From Podarcis gaigeae (Eukaryota), in the NCBI GenBank assembly GCA_964106915.2, contig OZ066915.1: a stretch of DNA of 64,000 nt. One strand, 5' to 3'. The notes under the pieces are model-generated. The model saw nothing but the letters and a program-made list of their open reading frames with translations. It searched no databases and was not told where the DNA came from. Below, piece after piece: positions 39,001-51,200 of this stretch; position 1 is the stretch's first letter; every line of letters begins with the position of its first letter. A program made the position numbers and the translations under genes.

Positions 39001-42000
39001 AAGGAGGAGCCTGTTGAGCGAAGGAAGCCCTGGAGAGAGAACCGACGGGGATCCGAGAGAGAGTCCTCGCTCAGTCACCATAGTGATCGGGTTGATCTGG
39101 TAAAAATGCGAACAGGCCTCTCTGATTCTGTCACGAATGAGTAAAAGATTTGCTTTTAAAGTGAAAGCCTCTGATACGTGTGCGTGAACGTGACTTAGTA
39201 AACTGTGATGCGTGCAAAAAGAGCGCAACATAACCTCTCAGTAGCGTGTGCGCGCACGGCTAGTAACAAAGCCTGGTGAGTATAAGGGAAAATAAGGAGA
39301 GCAAGACCCACTGACCATAGCTTGGAATCCTCTTCCTAGTCGAATAGCCGTGGTGGCGACAGCACCATTTCTTGTTTCAGCAATACTGGCAGAGGAGGGA
39401 GGCAGCAGATAACAATTCCAGTGACACAAGCTGACAAGGAAGAGAGAAAGAAGCTCCCTCCCCCACACTCTGCTACTTACTGTGGTTGTTGTTCCCGAGG
39501 AAGGGACACATGACTAGGACTCAGTATTTCCCCCGGTTGAGCAATGAGAGCTGTAAAGCAGGAAAAACCACCTGCCTGCACCATCTCTCCCACTCATGCT
39601 CCTGCAAGATACAGTACTTGCTGGTCAACGGTGGGAACTGCTACTGTCCCAGCAGCAAGCCTGAATTCGTAATATGTTTTGTGTGCAAAACGTCTTGCAC
39701 ATGAAAGCAGCATGTGTCAAAGTATCCAAGAATTCTTGCATGTCCAGCCATGCCAATAAAGGCTCATCATGTATAATGTGTGTCTTGCAGTTGTCAGGCT
39801 CAGTTGTCAAGCTGCAGAAGGGATTCTGCCTGCAAAGTTTGGCCTCTGCCTATCTGGGCTATACTTGCTCTTGACAAAGAACATGAAGAATGGAGCTGAC
39901 CTTTTTATGCTTTGGACTTGTTAAAACGGATGTGAAAAAATTGTCATTCCAAGTAGTGAATCAGCTCCTTGAAGACAAAGCTATGTGCAGTCAGTGCTTA
40001 CTAATCTGACAACTTCAGCTAAATCTGCATGATGGGGCAAGAGCTTGAGCTTTCAGAAAGTGTATCTTGCTCAACATTTACTTACACCTGCAGTGCCTGT
40101 TAACTAGTTTTTGCACTGCTTTGGTTTTGAAGGTCCAGAGGTCTTTTACAATGACTCCCGCACCATATTCTGTTGAGAGTTCGGCAGTCCCATAGGCTTT
40201 CTCGGCTTTTGATGAAATATGAGGTTTGCAAGCATCAACTTGCAACCATAGTGCAGTTGAAGATTTTGTGGTTGATTTAGCTAACGAGGCAATTTTGAAT
40301 AGTTCAGCAAATCAAATTGAAATAATTCATACATATATATGATTGTATTTGCATTAGTAGTAACTCTGCAGAAAAATAAAACAGATTTGCTACAGAATGT
40401 GAGTCCTTAACCGTACTATAATGAGCTTCCAAATCTAAGAAATAATTGTCTGGTGATTGTGGTTTGTCAAAGCAAAAATAGGTCAGAGTTCACCTTTCCC
40501 CTGGGTATGGCCCAAGTAGAGTAGAACGAGAATGGCATACTTTGGGAATCCAGAGAGGGAACCCAAGGAAGCAAAAAATTAAGAGAATTGCTACCATGAA
40601 TTCCCCCAGGACATCAATACAATTAAGGCACTTTCATTCTGAACATGCTTACTTGGAAGTATGTTCTGTTGAAATCAGTGCAAATTAACTGCACATACAA
40701 TGTTTAGGTATCACTTATGAATACTCTGAATTTAGAAAGGCAAAATCAACAGCACATTATGGCCATTTCAGGTTTTTAGTTAATTATGAATGTGGGAAAT
40801 GCAGTAAGCCATTTAAGGCTACAGTCTTCTGCACTCAGGAGCAAGTTCTGTTAAAATCAGTAGGGATTCCTTGCAAACGATCATGCATGGAACATGTGTC
40901 ACTCATGGAAAACAGTTGAAGTGGGAAACCATGCTTACTCATTTCCTAGAGCTGTTTCACACACACACACATCTTTATTACTTGAGTATAAAAACAAGCA
41001 ATGGATGGATTGCGTGTGTGAATGAGCCATCAGAGATCTAACCCAATAGCTAATAAGGCATGTAATTTCAAATGCAAGGCTTTTCAATGGAGTCAGATAT
41101 TTCATTCATCAAAAGTATAGCATGGGACAATCATGAGATCTACATGTATGTGTGAATCTGGCCTTAGTGAATGGGAAATAAGGAGTGGATCAATAGCCTC
41201 CCTCCAAGTCTAATGAAGATATGCAAAAACTTTTGGTTAAGATTAGTCAGGACAGAGCCGATATATGTCTTCTAGCCTCTGCTTGCAGCAATGGCTGGTT
41301 GATGCTTTCAGAACCATGGAAATAGATTCTGCTGCAGGCAGAAATAAACAGTATTGGCCTGATTGGACATTCACTGAGCATTTTCTGCAACACTCCTAAC
41401 TGCACACACTGAACACCTCTTGAGGGTGCCATATTTCACAGAGAGATTTTGTGCACTTGTTATTTCATGGCAGGCCCATGTATGCAGCCCATTAAAGCAG
41501 GGCCTGTGGTCCTCCCAAGGTGGTTGCAACTTTCATCATCTCTGGCCTTGCTGACTGAGGCTGATGGGAGCCCGGCAAAGGGATCCAGAGAGCCATGGCT
41601 TCCCCACTAGGGAAGGCTGAAGACATTCCACTACCTGTGGTGAAGACGGTCTCTTCCCCACCATGTGCAGAAGCCCACCAGATTTGGAGCTGCACCTTGC
41701 TTCAACACTCTTCCGCCACATCTGGGGTCAGTAGTTTCAGGACAGGCTGCGCTCGGCCTGCTTCCTAGTCCTTCAGCATCTTGCTGCTTGAGGCTGATAC
41801 CTCACAATCCTCCGAAGGGCAGAGCCATCCCTGTCACCTACCCCTGCCTTAAAGGTACGTTCACCAGCTGGATGCTGTATTTGGGCCATGATGGCTTCTG
41901 CATGCATGCATGGGCCAGTGTCACACAACTTTCCTATGGCCCTTCATTTGCCATTCATCAATCGTATTCTAGTGAAGGGAAACCAAGTGATGATGCCCAT

Positions 42001-42025
42001 GTATTGCCCATTCTGACCACGTTCT

Positions 42026-42101
42026 TAATTCCCAGCTGTAAACGTGCATGGAAACCTGCTCCATAATTGCCAGCTGTAAACGTGCATGGAAACCAGCCCC
42101 A
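42026..42101 (+). repeat. Tandem duplication, 2 x 38 bp, upstream of IER2
   Basis: TAATTsCCAGCTGTAAACGTGCATGGAAACCwGCyCCA twice, 3 mismatches. Confidence 0.9.
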
Positions 42102-42419
42102 TTGATTTCGGTCGAACCCAAACCCATGAAACGTGCTTCCAGTGAAGCCAACACCTCTACACTTAAGTAAATGAGCCAAGGAATCTGCAGCCACAGGTCG
42201 TGCATGCTCCTTAGTTCTTCCCGGGGGACGTGGGCAGTTGTGCAGCGCACTTATCAGAGACAGCCCAAGTTCCAGGCTCCTCTTTTGTTGGCGGCGGCAG
42301 CAGCAGGAGCAGCCGCTTTCAAGTCCTGTCCCCGCTGGCTGCCTGGCTGGCTGGAGGGGGGCCGGGCCCTTTGCTCTTCCCTCCTCCCTTCCCCCACTGC
42401 CTGACATTTCCGCCTCCCC

Positions 42420-42570
42420 CTCCCCCTGCCGGGGAGGGCGGCCAGTGGCGCGCTGCGAAAGGCCGGATGCGGCTCTCGAAGTGGGCGGAGGAGGCCCAGG
42501 CGCTGAGATCACCGGCGGTATAAAAAGAAGCGCGCTGGGCGCGGCCTCCTTCAGTCGGGGCGGACGTCAC
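42420..42570 (+). promoter_or_regulatory. IER2 proximal promoter
   Basis: ETS CCGGATG 42463-42469, GC boxes, TATAAAAAG 42519-42527, Inr-like TCAGT 42551, CRE-like GACGTCA 42563-42569, within a CpG island. Confidence 0.6.
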
Positions 42571-42754
42571 GAGAAAGGCTTCTTCCGAAGGCTGCGCTTC
42601 GCAAAGCAAAGCAAAACAAACACCAATTAAGACCCGGGGGCACGCGTCACTTTCGCCTTTTAAGGAGAAAGCGCCAGAGGTCTCCCTCCCGGCTCCTCAC
42701 AGCCCCCGAACAAGCCGAAGAGACCCGAACCGCGGCGAAGCCGGCTCCGCCATC

Positions 42755-43510
42755 ATGGAAGTGCAGAAGGAAGCGCAGCGCATTATGACCATGTCGGTGT
42801 GGAAAATGTACCACTCGCGGATGCAGCGCGGCGGCCTGCGTCTCCACCGCAGCCTGCAATTGTCGCTGGTGATGCGCAACGCCCGGGACCTCTACCTCTC
42901 AGCCAAGCTGGAGGAAGAGGACGAGATGGCCGCGGGCGGAGGGAGCGGCGAGGACTTTGCCGGGCGCCCGGAGCCGCAGCTGGACCTGCAGGGCGAGGCG
43001 CCCGCCCCTCAACATCTGGAGGCGCCTCCGGCGACCCCCTTCCCCCAAGCCCTGCCCGAGCCGGCGCCTCTCCCCGCCGTACAGCCATCGGAGGCGCCGC
43101 CGCCTGCTCTGCCTTGCGCCACTCTTGATCCGGAGCCCATGGAGACCCAGGAGGAGCTCGACGGCAGCTTGCCCGCGCCTCCGCCGACGTGGAGCCGAGG
43201 CGCCCCCGGGCCTCAGGCGGGCGCCGCCAAGCCTAGCCGCAAGCGCCGCAGCAGCAGCCTGGGCAAGATCGGCGCCGCCGAAGCCGGTCTGGTGCCCAGC
43301 AAGAAAGCCAAGCTGGTGGAAGAGGAAGGCGAGCGGCAGCCGCAGCGCCAGGAGGGGCCTTTCCCGAGCTTAGCCAGGGTCCTCCAGGACCGCTTCTCCG
43401 GCTTAATCCTCCAGCCTCCGCCGGCCAAAGGCGCCGACGAGCCCAAGGCGAGCTGCAGGCAAGGGGACGGCGTGCTGAGCATAATGGTGAGAGCCGTGGT
43501 GGCCTTCTAA
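42755..43510 (+). CDS. IER2: Immediate early response 2 protein (251 aa, single coding exon)
   Basis: N-terminus MEVQKEAQRIMTMSVWKMYHSRMQRGGLRLHRSLQLSLVMRNARDLYLSAK, basic SRKRRS...PSKKAKL NLS and C-terminal VRAVVAF are IER2 hallmarks; good Kozak context gccatcATGG. Confidence 0.97.
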   Translation: MEVQKEAQRIMTMSVWKMYHSRMQRGGLRLHRSLQLSLVMRNARDLYLSAKLEEEDEMAAGGGSGEDFAGRPEPQLDLQGEAPAPQHLEAPPATPFPQALPEPAPLPAVQPSEAPPPALPCATLDPEPMETQEELDGSLPAPPPTWSRGAPGPQAGAAKPSRKRRSSSLGKIGAAEAGLVPSKKAKLVEEEGERQPQRQEGPFPSLARVLQDRFSGLILQPPPAKGADEPKASCRQGDGVLSIMVRAVVAF

Positions 43511-45216
43511 AGCGCCCCCGCCAGGGACTCGTAGCTGGAAACCTCGCTCTCTGCGGAGAAGCGGAACCTGCTGAAGCCCCTCTCTCGGCGGAGGAGCTGA
43601 GCACCACCTCCCGCTGCCGGCCCGCCGGCCCCCTCTCCTTGGTGGCGGGGCCTGGGCGGCGAGGAAGACGCGCCGCGGGAGGCTGGTGAAGGACTGGGGG
43701 CGGGCGGCGGGGAGCGCTGGTGGGTTCCCTCCTCCCATTTTCTCCCCCTCCGGGTTTAGGCGAGAGACGCTCTGGTGGCTGCGAAAGACGACGAGACAAA
43801 AGGCTGCGGGCAACGCGGCGAAGGAGGACGCCCCACCTCGGCCAGTAAACCCGGGACGCGGCTGCGGTGCGCTATGCGCCGGACTGGATGCAGCGGCGGC
43901 GTGGCGGGACACGATACTTTGGGGGGGCGGCGGCGGCGGGCAGCGAACTCTTGGAAAAGGGGGGAGGCTCGCAGCCCGTCGGGCCTTCGGAAACCGGATT
44001 CGGGCGGAAAGCAAGCGCGATGTGTGCTGGGTGCACTTTTTTTTGGTGCTAGTCGATAACAATGACGTGTTCATTCTGCCGTTCCTTAACTAAACTTAAT
44101 TGCCAGATCTGAGTTTGTTTCTGTCTCCTCTTCCCCCCCCCTTTTTTTTTCCTGAACGGGACTGGAAAGGTCTGAAGGTTTGTTAGGCAGCTCCCCTGAA
44201 GGGTTAAAAAGAGTCATGCTGAGAATTGTCGAAGAAAAGCAGCTTTTGTCAGTCCCGCTCCTGTCTGCCCAGTATTCTTTTCCTCAGGGCCATCCCTTTT
44301 TTTCTTACCTAGTAATTAAGAACGATGAAGTGGCCTGTTTCTTTGTGCCAGAGAAGATCTCCGAACCAGATTAGTCTTGCCAAAGTGTGTGTGCTGAGCA
44401 GGAACAGAAGGAGGGGAGGGGAAAAAAACCCAACCAGTCATACTAGTTATGACACATCTCTCATATGACTAGCATTTGCATTACACTGGGTCCACGACTG
44501 CAGGGGATTTCCTGCTTCTGTTGCCTTGGCTGTGTGTGTGTGTGGTTGTTGTGGTTTTTGTTTTTTAAGGTGTGGGTGGAGCCCTGAATGTCTGAAGGGT
44601 GGGGGAGAGGAAGACAAGTGGTTTTTCTTCCCCTAAAGATGTCATCTTAAAAGCTCGCTGGCGGTTTTCCTAGATGACTGAAGCTGTTTATGCACTGAAC
44701 AGTAATGAGGGGTACTGTTTTACATCCACAAACATTTTTCTCTTTCCACTCCATATGCAACTTTGATATTTTTCACCCAAATCAGGAGAATGGGGGCAAA
44801 GAAACCTGTATTCTTTAAATGGGTGTGTTCTGCAGTGTCTTGTCTCTAAAAACAAACAAACAAACAAAACAGTATATCAAGTCATTTTGTGAGATTTCTT
44901 GACACCGTTTTTGCCTTTGTTCATGATTTTTTCCTCCACTCTCTTTTCTCAAATGTATGAAACAGTTGCTGTTGTGCTGGATTTATCTGTTGTGTCATCT
45001 CAGTGCTTCAAAAGTGTTAGTTTGATTCAAGCTTTAGGGTTGGGAGGAGAACAGTAAGAATGTCTTCTGAAACTGGTTTTCAAAATGGGCAGTAGAATGG
45101 TCACTGTCAAGGTACTTTGTAATGCTAATTGTATGTAATCTGCATTTGCCTCAAAGAGGGCAAAATACAAGTTTATTTGGTTTTATCCTCATGGTGTTAA
45201 TATTTTTGGTCATTGA

Positions 45217-45222
45217 AATAAA
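45217..45222 (+). terminator. Probable IER2 poly(A) signal
   Basis: AATAAA followed by U-rich and GU-rich downstream elements (tttttttttac ttctgtggtgttcc). Confidence 0.65.
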
Positions 45223-48200
45223 GGCCATCTTTTTTTTTACTTCTGTGGTGTTCCGTTCTTAATTAAAAAAAAAAAACCATTTGTGAACTTCATTGAGAAT
45301 TTTCTCTTGGTGGAGAGGATATGGGAGGGGAGAATGTTCAAGCAGCTACTCAAACCTACCTCCAAATGTATGAGGCCTCCTACTACGTTAAACTAGTCAA
45401 GGTACAAAATAAGGAACTAGAGAAAAGAAACAAGGGGAACAGCAAAGTTAGTGACAGGGCAGGCAACCTTTAGTTCCTTAACCAACAGCACATTTAAAGA
45501 GCCAAACTTCCAAGCATGTGGGCTCTTGCAAATCTGAACTATTCAATGTTGAGATACGGAGTAAACAAACTCTCCAAAGCTCTGCCCCCAGCCTTCTATG
45601 AATTAGCCTTCTATGACCCTTGGGGCATCCAGAACTTGTTGATTATGTAGCTGTTTCTAATAGTGGGTGGAATGGGGAGAGAAGGGGTTGTCAACAAGAT
45701 TAGCCTTGATTGTTTGGGTAGCAGTCCAGTCCCGATAGGGTCCTAAGATGTTTGGGATCACTTTTCAAATCTCACCATGCTGGGTAGCATGGGTCAAGCA
45801 AGTTGAGTTGCATAACAACAATGCTTGGTTTCAGGATGGGTGTGAGAGCATGGGAAACTTATATTTAGAGCTCCAGTAACAGCTTGTAAACTTGTTTATG
45901 ATGGAACTAAAATAGCCTTTCCATAAACATGGGCCACTAGCCAGCGGATAGGGCTGGCAGGCAGGAGCTTAAAGTATGTTTTGCAAAACATTAACAGTAG
46001 CAGAATCTTGAGGTAATCCCCTAAGGGAGCAATTTATGCTTGTCTGCAATCCCTCATCATGTAATGGAAACCTTGTCATAAGAACTTGTTGGCACAATAC
46101 AGGTTTGCCAGATTAGACCCCATGGATGTTGAGCAACGTCGCAAATCACCAAGGAAGGTTGTGTGTAGTCCCTTTCAACTGAAATAAAACAGGACAGATG
46201 TATACATTCTAATTTGGTGACGGATGCCCTCATTTAATAACCTTCAGCAAAGTGGCGACAAGTCTTTGTTTCAGTCCCAGTGATTTTTGTATTTTCAAAT
46301 ACAACCACAAGACATTTGAAACAAGGGGGTGGTTGATGACTGAAGGAATGAAATATATGTTGGGAGAATGGGTGTAATCAAGAATGTAAGTGTGCCTCCT
46401 AAATAATTCACACACTCTGGGATGTGTGCTTCAGGGAAAAGTCTAGGATTTAGCATCAGTAGTTAAAAAGCTAAGGGTAATGCACAAAGGATTTATTAAG
46501 TACTTTCTTCAGAACCCCTCCAGTTTCAGTGGATGCTCCCTGAGACAGCTGAGCAAGCAGGTGGGGTGAGATCAATGGGGAAGAGCCCCCAGGGGTTAAA
46601 GGAACACTACCGTGATTCAAGGCTCAGGAATTTACTCCTTGTAATCTGAGCTGCTGCCAGTTTAGAGGCCATAACCTGGTAATTTTCCCTTCTGCAACAA
46701 TGCTGATTGTCTGCCTCAGTGCGTTTATAAGATTTAATTCCTCGACTGGTGTAAAGTGCTCTGAGTTACCTGGAATAGGAATGACTGACATCAGTTAGCC
46801 ACTATTGTTTGCTTTCACTGAAAAGAGTAGGATTATGCCTTGCTGGACACATGAGAATCCTTAGGCTAAGATATGGTTGTAAACCAGCGTGTGAGCTGTG
46901 CTGCATCTGAATTACAGGTCAGGACTTGCATGAGCTCTCTGCCTCTTGATAAAAACATTTCCCTGCGCATAGAAAACTTATGTTAATGAGAACTAGGCCT
47001 CAAGTTCAGCCCAGCCCTAAATTTTCCCACAAAAACCCACTCCACCCAGTCTCGTGAGTCAGCTGGAAAGCCAGTCTCTGCTGGAGGAGCTCTGTCTCTG
47101 TGAAAAATGCACTAGTGGCTTGGCCTGATAGGATGGGTATCTTGCCGTGACCTCCTTTCCTATGACAGCAGAGTATTTTGTACAGACAGAACCAAAGATG
47201 CTGGCTCAGTCTGGGGAGCTCTGCTGAGATCTTGGGCATAATCTTTGCCCTTCCATAGACTAGAGTTAGAAGGCACACCCATGTGCCCCAAGGCCTTAAC
47301 TGCTCCTGTTACTTTTCAGTCAAAGGGGTTTTATGTTACCTCTTTAATTCACAGCAACAATATATAAAAGAGAATTGGGGGGGGGTATTTAAACAAGTTA
47401 GGGCAAGATAATTTCTAGAGGTAAGGCTGGGGTTTGGAGTCAAGACTCGCCACACATTCTTCGTTGAACAAATGTGTGTGTGTTTGGAGAGAGGAGGCAG
47501 TTCTGTCTCTTTTTGAGTCAGGAAAGAAGCAAATGATAGGCGTCTGTTTTCAAAATACCAATTAATTGGCATTTTGTAGAAGTTTGAGCCTCACAGAAAT
47601 CTGAAGTGGCCTTTTTCATCCTGTGATACTTAAAAAATTCTGTAACATCTTCATCAGTGTAACTTAAGTGCTAAACGTTTCAAGATAAGACCAGTATATG
47701 GAAGAATATGTTAAAACCTGTGCATTTGAACTAGTACTTAACAATAAGGAGAGTCCTGTAGAACATGAACACATAAAATCCACTTTCACTAACCACATGG
47801 GAGCTGAATAAAGCATGTTGCCTATTTAGTGCATCTGATTTATCAGTTAATCTATGGCAGAGATAGACTTCCCAATATTTACAGCACAGGCTGTGACAGA
47901 ATAAATTTAATTAGGAACCATTCCCCCAAGTGATCCTTGTTAGCAATTTCAAGGCATAAAGGGAGAATGGCTATGAACTTCCTTGCCCAAGGCAAGGATC
48001 AGGCTTGCTTCGTGCTACATGGTGGACCTTGTTCTGCCAGACTACTGAATAAGTTGCAAGCCGTTTCATGATGGCTATAAATGATGAAAGGCTTTCCATG
48101 CAATGCCTTCTAGTCCAGCTCCTTGTGTGTTCTGGAAATCCATTTCCTCCTGGCATGGAGGAATATATATATTTTTAAGCACTTGGAGGAAATATACACC

Positions 48201-51200
48201 ATTTAATCTTATCACAATGTGTTCTGGTGAGGGCTATTTTTTTTTAATTTTTAAAAAAGTAATCAGTGTTCCCTTTGCAGCCCAGGAGGCCACTGAAAAC
48301 AATGGAGAATTTTCCCAGCTGTAGTTCCCAGTGTCCCTAGTAATACATGCAACAAAGTGTTGCCATGCATATAAGGATCTCAGGTAGGAGGGATGAGGTA
48401 AGAGCCTGCTCAGTATCTTGAAAATCTGCTCTGACTCACAGCAGCTCACAGGCTACAATATGCCTCTGCAAAAGGCTGCTGCTTATATGTGGAAGCAAAC
48501 GGACAGTGAAAACATCCCACAGCTTTGGGTTCCTTCTGACATGTCATTTGTTATGGAACATAGTTATTTAGAATATGCTCTGTATGGTTTCTCCCTCCCA
48601 CCTCAAATGAAGTGCAAGGCACCTGGAAAACTAAAACCCGCAGTTTTCTCCCCCCTGTTTGCAATATTATACCAGACTTGTACCAGCTGAAGATGTGTGT
48701 GAATTCCAATGTTTCCACAGTCTTCCTCCCCTGCCCCCTCCCTTAAGCTTTCTAGCTGTGTGGGAAACCCTCAGAGAGCCCAGGCGATTCTGCATTGCAC
48801 CTAGGGGCCCTGTCACGCCATTGCCTGTGCAAGACACTCCCCCTGTGAAAAGACAGAAGGGTCTTTGATAACGCCCCAAGCACATCTCCAGCAGAACAAA
48901 GGCAGCATAGCTAATGGCTCCCACTCACACAGTGTGACTCTCTGCCAGGAATCTGAACTCCCTCCACCCCCTAAAGGCACAGGCTGAAGGACAGAGAGGG
49001 GGGAGGAGGAGGAGGAGGGGAGGAAAACACATCTAAGCCAGGATATGGGGGCTGCAGAGCAAAGCAGGCCTGGCACACCAAATGCAGTGCAGTTAGGTCG
49101 ATTTCCTGTGCATCAGCTACCCCTGGAGACAGGATACCAAAGCGGATGGCCTGTTCCGCCTTACCATGAGCTGGGCTGTATCCGGCACCTGCTAAAGTTC
49201 CTGTGTTCTCACGGGGAGAGGGGAGGAAGAGGGGAGGGGAGAGCACCAGAGGGAAGGGGTTTGCACCTTCAGCCCGATGAGGTCCTTGGCTGGGTGACCG
49301 CAGCTGCTTTCTCTGCCAGTTATTTGCTGCCACATGACAAAATATTTCAGTTCGTACGGAAATTCAGCTTTCTCTCTTCTGGTTTCACCAAATTTTGCTT
49401 TGTCTCATTTAGTGAGAGGCAGGAAGAGAAATAGTTTCCAGCCCTGCTGCATTCAGAATACACGTGCTACTTATCACAGGGCAAAATACTAGAACATCAA
49501 GGGGGATTATAGTAACTCATTCAGAGGAGATGTTTGCATACCCAGTCTCCCAAACCGTAAGCGCTGCTATCTGCATACCCTTTTAAAGTGATACTGCCCA
49601 AGATCCTTGGGTCATATTCCTGGCTTGTTCAAGCCAAGAAAGTCGCTTGTTCAGGTGACAAAGCTGGTGATTAAGACCAGCTTCCAGGCCCCTGGCAGCG
49701 ACTACTCACCCACACTTTCTGTGGCTGCAGACAGAAACCAGAATTACCTTCACACACATCCACCTGCTTGTACTGAGAGATCTGCTTCTGAGGCTCTATT
49801 TCTGCCACCCCTTGTGGGAGCAATTAGGCTGGTGGCCACAAGGGACAGGGCCTTCTTGGCAGTGGCCCCATGATAAGCCAGGTCCCATCACTGCAAGCCT
49901 TTATGTCTCCACATGTCTAAGGAGGAGTCTAATTGGGCTGTTGTAACATTGTTGTGATTTTCTTTTGTTTTTGTGATTTTTACTGGGTAGAGTGTTACAA
50001 TGTTGTTGCCGGTTACTGTTTCTAATGGCGTTGTTGTTGTACAATTTACATTTATTAAGAATTACATGCTGTTGACATAATGTTGGGAGCTGCCACAGGA
50101 GGGTTCTTTGCTAAAATGGTGGCTTGTAAGCTTTTTAAATAAATAACTCCCTCCTCCCCAACTACTCTGATCAATGGATCCCTGTCAAAACAAGCTCTCC
50201 GTTCCAGTTCATTACTCCTGCCTGCCAATATTTTCAATTACTTCCTTCTGCCCAGAACCCCATCTCCCATCTATCCTCAGCTACGGCTCAGTCCTTGCTC
50301 TTTGTGATACACCAGCCAATCTGAATGGAAGGTTAAGTCTGAAAAGCATACAGCCCTCCGGAGTTGCTCAAGGTTTTCATTCAGAGTTGTTTTTCTCTGC
50401 CCAGCTTCCCTTGACCTGAGTGAGTGCACCCGTGCTATGCTTCTCATGATCTGCCACATTGCTGCGGCAGTCTGGGATCCCACAATTACTACACTCCTCA
50501 GCATGTGGAATTACTATTGGATATTATCCTGGGCAGGGAAGCAGCCAGACAACCTCATTAAATTGCTCCAACCCGGGCAATTATGGGCCACACCTCGGAA
50601 TAATTAGCACCCCTGGGAAACTGCTTTGTAGGCAGGCTGCATAAGCAAACAGCTAGAGCAGGTTATGCTACAAGCTCGGACTCTTTGAACGTTTACCATG
50701 TGCCCTTGGAGCTGGGTGAGAGAACCAGCCCTTATTGGAACAGAAACGGTCTGCCAACTGTTTTCTAAATTGAAAAGCAGGAATTATGTCTCCAGTGTTC
50801 AGGGGTGTACCTGGGGGTTGGCGGAACTGGCCCCTGCCAGGGGTGCAGGTCTGGAGTAGGGGCAAAAATCACCTGTCAGACCATATATGTGTCTCACAGC
50901 AAAATCAAACAAGGGAGAAGCTTCCCACCCACCCTGCACTGTGGCACAAAGGCGTGTGGACTTATTTGCCCTTCCTCCTAACTTTGCCTTCGCTCTGGAT
51001 GTTTTGAGTACTGTACCTGGGTCATGTAAAATGTAGTAATTTCCAATGTGGCTATTGTAGTACAGTGATTTTTTTCCCCTGTAGGGGGGCAGGGCTCCAA
51101 TATGGCTCCCTGCCAAGGGGACAAGGGATCCTAAGTATGCCTCTGCCAGCACTGAAGGGAAGCCCACATAGTTAGATAGGGAAATGAAGCACAGATTTCT

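Noticed and set aside
41958-44093. Many long overlapping ORFs around IER2 (also 55296-56414 and 62160-62738)
   Set aside because: GC-rich CpG-island DNA is depleted of stop codons; only the IER2 frame and WDR83OS exon 1 have recognisable homology.
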